Below are positions 28,695-36,337 of a stretch of DNA of 64,000 nucleotides, one piece after another. The translations under genes were made by a program, and so were the position numbers. This stretch comes from an uncultured Verrucomicrobiaceae bacterium. Lineage in GTDB: Bacteria > Verrucomicrobiota > Verrucomicrobiia > Verrucomicrobiales > Verrucomicrobiaceae. The DNA lies in NCBI GenBank assembly GCA_964538625.1, contig CAZIGH010000026.1, positions 4,902 to 68,901 of the forward strand. Reading direction: 5' to 3'. The stretch's first letter is position 1. Each line of letters starts with the position of its first letter. Below the pieces are notes generated by a model. The model was given only the letters and a program-made list of their open reading frames with translations, did not search any database and had not been told where the DNA came from.

Positions 28695-30374
28695 ATGTGT
28701 ACGTCATCTTCCTCCCCACCTTCCGCGCTGGACGCTGCGGTGCTGAACCTGGTCCAGGAGGAGGTGCTGCAAACGCCTCCGGGATTCCACACGGAATCCG
28801 ATCTCTTCGCGGCGGGGCTGGACTCCATGGCCATCATGCAGATGCTTTTGCTCCTGGAGGAGCGGTTTGGGGTGAGTCTGCCAGTGGAAACCGTGTCACG
28901 GGAAAACTTTCACTCTGCGGCCAGTATCGCCAAGCTGCTGGAGGCTCGCGGGGTCAGGGTTGAGAGGGCACCCGAAGCAGCGGTACAGGCTGCGTTGTCT
29001 GTGCAGGGTGCCGAAGCGGCGAGGGAAATGCCAGCGGCGTTCGATCGGTTGCCGCTGCGGGATTGTGATTTCTTTGTGGTGGCGTTTGACCAGATGCTAA
29101 GAAGCTCTGGCCAGGTGGGTCACATAGCGCACTCGCTTCTGGAGCTGGAACGGGTGCCAGATGTGGCTGCCCTCAAGAGGCTGGTGGAAGAGCTGCCGAC
29201 GCGCTTTCCCATCTTCAACGCTAGGCTGAAACGGCGCTGGGGTGTGGGCTTTCCAGAGTGGGTGCCAGCGGTTAGGACGAGACCGCTGGACTTTTCCTTG
29301 TGGTCGCATGAGGCGAGCAAGGGGGAGACGCTCAAACATGGTGCCACCGTGTTTGCGGATGAGCAGCGGCTGCTGGAGGACATCATCAATGCACCGCTGG
29401 AGCGCGATGATGAAGCCTGGGCCAATGCGCGTTTTGATTTGATAGAAAAGCCGGACGGCAGTTGTGTCTTTGTCTATTCCTGGAGTCACCTGATTACGGA
29501 CGGAGTGGGAGCGGAGCATTTTCTGGTGGAGATGGCGCGGCTAGTGGGTGCAGACTATGCTCCGGTGCCACCGTTTGAGAAAGACGCTGGTGAGGAGCGC
29601 GGATGGGGTGTGCGCTGGAAGAGTGCCGCTCCGATGGTGATGAAGTTTTACAAGCTGCTGGAACGTCCATTTGACTCACTGGCCCCCAAAGATGCGCACC
29701 CGTCACGCACCCAGTTCCGCGTGGTGAGGCTGAATGAAAAACAGACGGCGGAAGCGGCGCGGCGTGCGGCTGCGGCATCAGGACCGCTGCTGAATATGCC
29801 CTTTCACTTGGCGTGTGCCATGCGTGCGCACCGGCGCATCTTCCAACTGCGCGGTGAGACCAGCGAGTCATTGCTGTGTGCGGTGCCGGTGCAGGTGCGG
29901 AGGAAGGGGGCGCGTGGCCCGTTGTTTCAAAACAACCTAACCATGTTCTTCGCCTCGCTGGGCATGGATGAAATGGGGACCGTGGAGCAGGCGGCCTCCA
30001 GTCTGACGGAGCAGCATGCCGCCTTTCTGAAGGACCGGCTCGGTGATGCATTCCGTGACTTGATGTGGCTGATGAGACCCATGCCACCGGGCCTGCATAT
30101 GAAGTTCATTCAGTGGCAGATGAAGGGTCAGTTCTGTTCGTTCTATCACTCACACACGGGTGTCTTCGCGCCTGAGCTGGAACACTTTGCGGGGGCCAGG
30201 GTGACGAGTGCCTACCACATTCCTGGCTTCTCTAGCCCGCCCGGGACTGGGGTCTTTGCCAATGAGAAGAATGGCCGCCTCATTCTCACCTTTGCCTGGC
30301 GTGAAGGCGTGCTAAGCAGGGACGAGCAGGAAGCCATGGTGGAGCAAGTGCTCACGGACCTGGGAGCGGTCTGA
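28695..30374 (+). CDS. Carrier protein (ACP/PCP) fused to a condensation/WS-DGAT-like HxxxDG acyltransferase domain
   Basis: N-terminal carrier motif DLFAAGLDSMAIMQMLLLLEERFGV, with the Ser codon at 28824-28826. Catalytic-type motif WSHLITDGVG (HxxxDG, 29487-29504). The start is ATG 28695 or TTG 28656. Confidence 0.7.
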   Translation: MCTSSSSPPSALDAAVLNLVQEEVLQTPPGFHTESDLFAAGLDSMAIMQMLLLLEERFGVSLPVETVSRENFHSAASIAKLLEARGVRVERAPEAAVQAALSVQGAEAAREMPAAFDRLPLRDCDFFVVAFDQMLRSSGQVGHIAHSLLELERVPDVAALKRLVEELPTRFPIFNARLKRRWGVGFPEWVPAVRTRPLDFSLWSHEASKGETLKHGATVFADEQRLLEDIINAPLERDDEAWANARFDLIEKPDGSCVFVYSWSHLITDGVGAEHFLVEMARLVGADYAPVPPFEKDAGEERGWGVRWKSAAPMVMKFYKLLERPFDSLAPKDAHPSRTQFRVVRLNEKQTAEAARRAAAASGPLLNMPFHLACAMRAHRRIFQLRGETSESLLCAVPVQVRRKGARGPLFQNNLTMFFASLGMDEMGTVEQAASSLTEQHAAFLKDRLGDAFRDLMWLMRPMPPGLHMKFIQWQMKGQFCSFYHSHTGVFAPELEHFAGARVTSAYHIPGFSSPPGTGVFANEKNGRLILTFAWREGVLSRDEQEAMVEQVLTDLGAV

Positions 30375-30430
30375 GGGTGGACACTAACGGTGCGGCGTGT
30401 TATACCGCGCGGCCTTGCCTTTTCGATCTC

Positions 30431-31858
30431 ATGCTGAACATCGTTGATGAAATTTTCCGCCACTCTGATGCAGCCGCGCCAGCGCTTATAGCCGGTGAGC
30501 GGCGGGTGAGTTACGGCGAGCTCAAGGCGCTCATGGAGGAGGCAGCGACCAGCCTTGGTGACCGCAGCGGCCAGCGTGTGGGGCTGCTGTGTCCGAACGG
30601 GGTGCATCACATCGTTTGGTCGCTGGCCGTGCTTCGCAGTGGGGGTGTGCTGGTGCCGGTGGCGGGAGAGTTGAGCCTGCCTGAGCGTGAGAACGTGGTG
30701 AAGACTACCGCGCTCCATGCCGTGCTGACCGCCGGTGGCAAAGAGTGGCACGATGCCGCACTGCGGGGCAAGAGGCTGCCTTTATCCGATTTGCCGGCGG
30801 TGTTGCATGAGATGTCTCCACCTGAGGTCGTTGAGTTTGAGGAAGCGAGATTGAGGTCGGTCAACCCGGCTTTGATTCGCTTCAGCAGCGGCACTACAGG
30901 AAAGCGAAAGGGCGTGGTGCTCTCCCATGAGACGTTGCTGGCCCGGGTGAAGGCTTGCAATGAAGGTTTACGGATTGGGCCTGGAGACCGCGTCATCTGG
31001 ACGCTGCCCATGGCGCATCACTTTGCGGTCTCCATCGTGCTGTATCTGCTGCATGGGGCCACCACGGTGCTGGAGGACTCCCATCTGGCGGCGGACGTGT
31101 ACCGGGCGCTGACCTCGCACGGCGGCACCGTGTTGTATGGATCTCCGTTCCACTACGCTTTGCTTGCGGGTTATGAGCCCGGTGCGCCTTGTGCCTCGCT
31201 GAGGCTGGCGGTCTCGACGGCTGCCGCATTGCCGAAGGCTGTGGCGGAGAAGTTTCAAGCCCGTTACCAGCTTCCACTGACACAGGGTATGGGCATCATC
31301 GAAGTGGGGCTGCCGCTCCTGAACCTGGAGCACGCGGCGGACAAGCCGGAGTCCGTCGGTGGCTGCCAGCCTGCGTTTGAGGCACGCATCGTCAACGAAA
31401 GCGAAGGCTCAGGAGAGTTGCAGATTCGTGGACCGGGCATTTTTGATGCGTATCTCTGCCCCTGGACGCCGCGAGATGAAGTGCTGAACGAGGGCTGGTT
31501 TGCAACGGGTGACTTGGCGCGGCGCGATGAGGATGGTTCTCTTTATCTCGTGGGCAGGCTGCACAGTGTCATCAACGTGGGTGGCATGAAGTGCTTCCCC
31601 GAGGAGATAGAAGAAGTGATCTGCCGTCATGCGGGAGTGGCTGAGGCGCGGGTGCTGGCCATGCCACACGCCTCCTTTGGTTCCGTGCCGGTGGCTGAGA
31701 TCGTGCCCAAGGATGCCGCAGCGCCACCGCGCGGCATGGAGCTGACTGCACTCTGCCGACAGGAGCTCTCCAGCTATAAGGTGCCCATGCGCTTCACCAT
31801 GGTGACCTCCATTCCAAAAACCCCGAGTGGAAAAATCCTCCGACAGGCTCAGGTTTGA
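30431..31858 (+). CDS. Stand-alone adenylate-forming enzyme (AMP-dependent synthetase/ligase; acyl/aryl-carrier-protein ligase candidate)
   Basis: IRFSSGTTGKRKGVVLSH (30884-30913), WFATGDLARRDEDGSLYLVGR, PKTPSGKILR. The start is placed at ATG 30431; the tracked ORF begins at GTG 30377. Confidence 0.85.
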   Translation: MLNIVDEIFRHSDAAAPALIAGERRVSYGELKALMEEAATSLGDRSGQRVGLLCPNGVHHIVWSLAVLRSGGVLVPVAGELSLPERENVVKTTALHAVLTAGGKEWHDAALRGKRLPLSDLPAVLHEMSPPEVVEFEEARLRSVNPALIRFSSGTTGKRKGVVLSHETLLARVKACNEGLRIGPGDRVIWTLPMAHHFAVSIVLYLLHGATTVLEDSHLAADVYRALTSHGGTVLYGSPFHYALLAGYEPGAPCASLRLAVSTAAALPKAVAEKFQARYQLPLTQGMGIIEVGLPLLNLEHAADKPESVGGCQPAFEARIVNESEGSGELQIRGPGIFDAYLCPWTPRDEVLNEGWFATGDLARRDEDGSLYLVGRLHSVINVGGMKCFPEEIEEVICRHAGVAEARVLAMPHASFGSVPVAEIVPKDAAAPPRGMELTALCRQELSSYKVPMRFTMVTSIPKTPSGKILRQAQV

Positions 31859-31861
31859 ACG

Positions 31862-33148
31862 ATGAACCCTGCAAGCCGTTCCCCCAAACGAATCGCCATC
31901 ATCGGAGCCGGTCCCGCCGGAGCCACGGTGGCCTGCCTACTCGCCCGGGCTGGAAGGGATGTGGTGATGCTGGACAATGGGAAACGCCCCGAACTCGTAG
32001 TGGGCGAGTCACTGGTGCCGCTGCTGGTGAACGTGTTTCGGCGCATGGGCATAGAGGAGCAAGTGGCAGCTCTGGGTGTTTACAAGCCCGGGGTGACCTG
32101 GGTGATCGATGAGCATGATGCACTGGAACTGGCTTTCGAAGCGATGCGCGGCGTGCTGCCCACCTACGCCTACAACGTACCGCGCCGCGAGTTCGATGAC
32201 TTGGTGCATGACACTGCACTGCAAGCCGGTGCGAGACACATCCCCTGTGAGGTCCACCTGGAGAAGCGAGAAGTCGAACGCGGTGGAGAAGTGATACCGG
32301 TTCTGGCCGAGGAGACGCTGAGGCTGATTCCGGAGTGGAATGGCGAGCAGCCGGACCTGCTCATAGACGCCAGCGGACGGAGGAGAATGTTTGCGAAGCT
32401 GCTGCACCTGGGCGCTGACGTAGGGCGGCGGAAGGATGTGTCGCACTTCGCTCACTTCGAGGGTTGTGAGATGCCCCGGCCCGCCGGTCAAACGGTGATC
32501 ACGCGTCTGAAGCATGGGTGGTCCTGGCGCATTCCGCTGCCCGGACGTCTCTCCGTGGGAGTGGTGATGAACAAGGATGACGCCAAGCGCTATGGCAACA
32601 CGCCTGAAGAGCAGCTGGATGGGGTCATGGATGGGAACCCGGTTCTGGCCGCTGCATGCCGTCAGCGCCGCCGCGTTTCGTCCGTGGCCACGTATGCCAA
32701 CTACCAGCTGATCTCACACCGTGGCTGCGGGGCCAACTGGGTAGCCGTGGGTGATGCTTTTGGGTTTGTGGACCCCATGTTGTCTCCTGGGCTGTGCATG
32801 GCTATGACTTCTGCGGAAAAGCTGGCGGACACCATTCTGGAGGGCGGACGTCTGCGGGAGGGCTTTGAGCGCTACCTGAGTTGGTTCCGCCTCCAGCTTG
32901 CAGCGTGGCAGGAGCTGATCGACTTCTTTTATGACGGCCGCATGTTTGCCATGTTCAAAACCGGCAACGAGATGAACATGAAGTATCCAGGGAAAATCAG
33001 CACGCTCATGCAGCGCCACATCGAGAAGAACCTGGCCGGCATGGCGGGGGGTGAATACACGGCCAGGACGTATTCCAGAAACCTGCTGCGTTTCATGGGC
33101 AGTTACGGCATCCGCGGCTATGAGCCTGCGGATTATGCCATCGTCTGA
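31862..33148 (+). CDS. Flavin-dependent halogenase (PltA/CndH-like short form)
   Basis: IAIIGAGPAGATVA (GxGxxG). GESLVP...GVYKPGVTW with the Lys codon at 32084-32086. GWSWRIPL = WxWxIP (32519-32536). FVDPMLSPG = FxxPxxSxG (32765-32791). At ~428 aa there is no Trp-binding C-terminal module. Confidence 0.75.
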   Translation: MNPASRSPKRIAIIGAGPAGATVACLLARAGRDVVMLDNGKRPELVVGESLVPLLVNVFRRMGIEEQVAALGVYKPGVTWVIDEHDALELAFEAMRGVLPTYAYNVPRREFDDLVHDTALQAGARHIPCEVHLEKREVERGGEVIPVLAEETLRLIPEWNGEQPDLLIDASGRRRMFAKLLHLGADVGRRKDVSHFAHFEGCEMPRPAGQTVITRLKHGWSWRIPLPGRLSVGVVMNKDDAKRYGNTPEEQLDGVMDGNPVLAAACRQRRRVSSVATYANYQLISHRGCGANWVAVGDAFGFVDPMLSPGLCMAMTSAEKLADTILEGGRLREGFERYLSWFRLQLAAWQELIDFFYDGRMFAMFKTGNEMNMKYPGKISTLMQRHIEKNLAGMAGGEYTARTYSRNLLRFMGSYGIRGYEPADYAIV

Positions 33149-34014
33149 CAGACCTCTGCATTCCGAAGCACCTCAGCGGCGCGGATGCCAGAGGCGCGTC
33201 CTGCCTCGATGAGGCTGGGGCGCTGCTTGTTCGGAAAGGGTCTTGGGTGCGGGGTCTGGGTGACGATGTCGATGATGCGTTTGCCGCTGCGTTTCGCCTC
33301 TACCAGGCGGAGCTGAAAGATGGTCTCCGAGATGATCTGGTGGCTGATGGCAAAGCCGGTGGACAGGGTGGGCCACTTGGTGACCAGCTCCGTGCCGCGT
33401 TCATGTTCGATACGGTGCAGGATGATGGTGTGAATGCGGTCATCCTCAAGCCAGTGGCTGAAGGGCACAGCCATGGCCACGCCACCGTCACACCAGCGCT
33501 CACCATGGATGACTTGGTTGCAAAACAACCCCGGTATGGCGCTGCTGGCTACCGCGAATGCGACGGCATCTCCCGCATCAACGATCTCACAGTCCCGCCG
33601 TGTGAGATTGGCTACGGCAAACTGGACCTGCGGAGCACGAAAGCTCTCCAGGCGCGGACTGCCGAGATGCGAACGCAAGTACTTCACCGCATTGCTGCCC
33701 GAGAGAATGCCAGAGGAATACATGCAGGTGGCCACGCCTGGAAAACGAAGCGGAGCAAGCCAGTCCCAGAAGCAGGTGCGCATGCCCGGCTGCATGACGA
33801 AGTCCACCAGCGCATCACCCCGGATACCAGAGCCGCAAAGCAGAGCGGTAAGCGCGCCGGACGAGGTGCCGGCGATCTGGGTCGGCAGCACACCAGCCTT
33901 GTGAAGTTCTGCCATAAATCCGGAATGAGCGTAGAAACCGAAAAAGGCGGAGCTGAGCGCCACGGCCACACCTTCGCCAGATGAGGAGCCGTTCACGGGA
34001 GGAGATGAGATCAT
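33133..34014 (-). CDS. Patatin-like phospholipase with degenerate glycine-rich motif
   Basis: GTSSG (GxSxG) and CDGGV (DGG) catalytic dyad motifs. The usual GGGxRG oxyanion loop reads SSAFFGFYAHSG. The start is at ATG 34014; the longer ORF start at 34116 would overlap the aldolase gene. The 3' end overlaps the halogenase 3' end by 16 nt. Confidence 0.7.
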   Translation of the reverse strand: MISSPPVNGSSSGEGVAVALSSAFFGFYAHSGFMAELHKAGVLPTQIAGTSSGALTALLCGSGIRGDALVDFVMQPGMRTCFWDWLAPLRFPGVATCMYSSGILSGSNAVKYLRSHLGSPRLESFRAPQVQFAVANLTRRDCEIVDAGDAVAFAVASSAIPGLFCNQVIHGERWCDGGVAMAVPFSHWLEDDRIHTIILHRIEHERGTELVTKWPTLSTGFAISHQIISETIFQLRLVEAKRSGKRIIDIVTQTPHPRPFPNKQRPSLIEAGRASGIRAAEVLRNAEVCQTMA

Positions 34015-34078
34015 GAAAGGGATTTGAGAACAGGTGTCTGCGGCGCACGTCGAGTGCAAGCCAGTTCTCCGGGAGGCA

Positions 34079-34801
34079 TCACTCTCGCGCCGCCGCGAGA
34101 AGACGTTGGTATCCATTTCGCAGCAGCCCCACGTCAGAGTCCAGTGCGAGCCAGTTGAATCCCAACGCCCTCAAGTGCGCATGGTCCGCCATATCCCGCA
34201 CGAGGATGCCCGCAGCCTTGTGATGATCTTTCGCCGCTTTCACCACGCGTTTCAGGCACTCCTCATAGGTGCGGGCGGAGTGGTGCACTTTGAGGTCAAA
34301 GGTGAGATCCGCCGGCCCCACGAAGAGGGCGTGAATGCCACTGACTGCGGCGATTTCATCTGCGTGCTCTACAGCCTCAAGGGTTTCGATCTGCGCGATG
34401 ACGACGGGCGGAGCCGTTTTTTCATCCGGCGGCTTGAGACCGTAAGCGTAAGCCGGAACCGTTCGCGAGTAACCTCGGCGGCCCAGTGGCGGGTAGTTGG
34501 CGGCGCGGACGCACTGAAAGGCGTCTTGCACTGAGTTTACATGCGGCACCATGATGCCGTGTGCTCCCCAGTCGAGCACACGACCTATGACATCCTGGTT
34601 CGGCGCGCCCACCCTGACGATGGCGCGTGTGCGTGTGCTGCGCAGGGCGCGCATTTGTCCCGGCAGCGCCGCTTCTGGTTCGCACCCGTGCTCCAGGTCT
34701 AGCAGCACCCAGTCAAATCCACACATGGCCGCCAGCTCGGCCACTGCGGGTGATCCAAACGACAGCCATGTACCCAGCAGCTCCTCGGAAGCATTCATCA
34801 T
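34079..34801 (-). CDS. HpcH/HpaI family aldolase (2-keto-3-deoxy-acid aldolase-like)
   Basis: GFDWVLLDLEHG, RVGAPNQDVIGRVLDWGAHGIMVPHV, YPPLGRRGY, VIAQIETLEAV, LFVGPADL. Confidence 0.85.
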   Translation of the reverse strand: MMNASEELLGTWLSFGSPAVAELAAMCGFDWVLLDLEHGCEPEAALPGQMRALRSTRTRAIVRVGAPNQDVIGRVLDWGAHGIMVPHVNSVQDAFQCVRAANYPPLGRRGYSRTVPAYAYGLKPPDEKTAPPVVIAQIETLEAVEHADEIAAVSGIHALFVGPADLTFDLKVHHSARTYEECLKRVVKAAKDHHKAAGILVRDMADHAHLRALGFNWLALDSDVGLLRNGYQRLLAAARE

Positions 34802-35066
34802 GAGCTGATGTCAGCATTTTGATGGAGGCCTTGCAAGGCTTTGTCGATGCGGGCGTGGGTGAACTTTCGCAAATCCTGACCGCTGGAGCCGCTGCCGATG
34901 AGGAAGAAGCCATCATCCCGCTCGAAGTAGCCCGCACCTACGCGGATGACGGCTTTGACGAGCATGTTGCGCAGGAGATGCAGCCAGAAACGGCGACGGT
35001 GCTCGGGCGGCAGCGGGCGGATGCTTTGGTAACCTTCAAGCGCCAGCTTCAAGAACCGTGCATCGT
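34601..35066. repeat. Tandem duplication, copy 1 (466 bp)
   Basis: Base-for-base identical to 35067..35532 by my comparison. The junction is ambiguous by 1 nt (T at 34600/35066/35532). Confidence 0.95.
34798..35066 (-). pseudogene. Orphan 3' fragment (~88 codons + stop) of the APH-fold kinase gene, created by the duplication
   Basis: Encodes ...DDARFLKLALEGYQSIRPLPPEHRRRFWLHLLRNMLVKAVIRVGAGYFERDDGFFLIGSGSSGQDLRKFTHARIDKALQGLHQNADISS, identical to the C-terminus of 35264..36337. Confidence 0.85.
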
Positions 35067-35267
35067 CGGCGCGCCCACCCTGACGATGGCGCGTGTGCGT
35101 GTGCTGCGCAGGGCGCGCATTTGTCCCGGCAGCGCCGCTTCTGGTTCGCACCCGTGCTCCAGGTCTAGCAGCACCCAGTCAAATCCACACATGGCCGCCA
35201 GCTCGGCCACTGCGGGTGATCCAAACGACAGCCATGTACCCAGCAGCTCCTCGGAAGCATTCATCAT
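35049..35267 (-). pseudogene. 5' fragment of the HpcH aldolase gene (67 native codons + 5 junction codons, TMHGS, then stop)
   Basis: MMNASEELLG...RAIVRVGAP is identical to aldolase residues 1-67. It keeps the native ATGA overlap with the kinase stop (35264-35267). Confidence 0.85.
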
Positions 35268-35532
35268 GAGCTGATGTCAGCATTTTGATGGAGGCCTTGC
35301 AAGGCTTTGTCGATGCGGGCGTGGGTGAACTTTCGCAAATCCTGACCGCTGGAGCCGCTGCCGATGAGGAAGAAGCCATCATCCCGCTCGAAGTAGCCCG
35401 CACCTACGCGGATGACGGCTTTGACGAGCATGTTGCGCAGGAGATGCAGCCAGAAACGGCGACGGTGCTCGGGCGGCAGCGGGCGGATGCTTTGGTAACC
35501 TTCAAGCGCCAGCTTCAAGAACCGTGCATCGT
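35067..35532. repeat. Tandem duplication, copy 2 (466 bp)
   Basis: Identical to 34601..35066. The ORF track shows identical 74-aa ORFs at 34713..34937 and 35179..35403, offset by 466. Confidence 0.95.
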
Positions 35533-36337
35533 GGAAGCAGGCCAGGAGCGAGAGGTCATCCATGGAGTCACCGCTGATGGCGTCATCGAAGTCAATGAAC
35601 GCGGCGATGTGGGTAGTAGAACCGAGGATGTTCCAGAGGGCGAGGTCTTTGTGAACCAGACAGCCCTCTGCAAGTGGCAGAAGACCTTGGTGCTCGGAGA
35701 TGGCATCACGGATCTCGGCGCACTTGGTGGTGCTGAGAAACGACTTCTCGCTGAGGAAGTGTAGATGCTGCTCCAGCCGGGTGAAGAAATAGCCTTCGTA
35801 GCACTCATGTGAGCCGACCAAGGAAGCCTCGTGGCCGAAACTGAGGGGGCCAAAACCGGTAAAGCGCAGAGCCTGCCACCGGGCCACTGCGGCACCGATA
35901 TGGGGTGCTACCAACTCTATCTCAAGCGCTCCTGACTTGAACCAATGATTCAGATCCGGGAAGGGGATGCGTTCCATGAGCTGCCAGGCAAATGGCAGCT
36001 CGGCGCGTGAGGCATCCACTGCGTGAACGCAAGGCACCTTGACTCCAGTACCTCCAACGGCCTGCATGACAGCAGATTCCACTTGGAGATGCCCGTCCGC
36101 TTCTGGCCCATCCTCCACGCGCAGAAACAACTCTTTTCCGTTCACCAGTGCGTTCCAAGTGAGGTGGTTCCCCTGCGAACCGGACGGGGAGAGTCGGATG
36201 TCCGGGCCAATGCTGCGCTTGGTCAGAGCCGCGATCAGTTGCCGTTCCATCTGTGCCACTGGCGAACGTGCAGCCTGGGTGCCATGAAAGGCGGCAGGGC
36301 GGTCGCACTTCCAATAGTAGATGTCTCTGCGGCTCAT
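35264..36337 (-). CDS. Aminoglycoside-phosphotransferase/choline-kinase-fold small-molecule kinase
   Basis: Brenner motif LVHKDLALWNIL and IDFDDAISGD. The start is at ATG 36337 (MSRRDIYYWK) and overlaps the transporter stop (ATGA). The upstream 317 codons of tracked ORF 35264..37288 are an out-of-frame shadow of the transporter gene. Confidence 0.8.
   Translation of the reverse strand: MSRRDIYYWKCDRPAAFHGTQAARSPVAQMERQLIAALTKRSIGPDIRLSPSGSQGNHLTWNALVNGKELFLRVEDGPEADGHLQVESAVMQAVGGTGVKVPCVHAVDASRAELPFAWQLMERIPFPDLNHWFKSGALEIELVAPHIGAAVARWQALRFTGFGPLSFGHEASLVGSHECYEGYFFTRLEQHLHFLSEKSFLSTTKCAEIRDAISEHQGLLPLAEGCLVHKDLALWNILGSTTHIAAFIDFDDAISGDSMDDLSLLACFHDARFLKLALEGYQSIRPLPPEHRRRFWLHLLRNMLVKAVIRVGAGYFERDDGFFLIGSGSSGQDLRKFTHARIDKALQGLHQNADISS

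Noticed and set aside
34600-35532. The 466-bp repeat as a mobile element or insertion sequence
   Set aside because: There is no transposase, terminal inverted repeat or target-site duplication. The unit is simply local kinase/aldolase sequence repeated head to tail.
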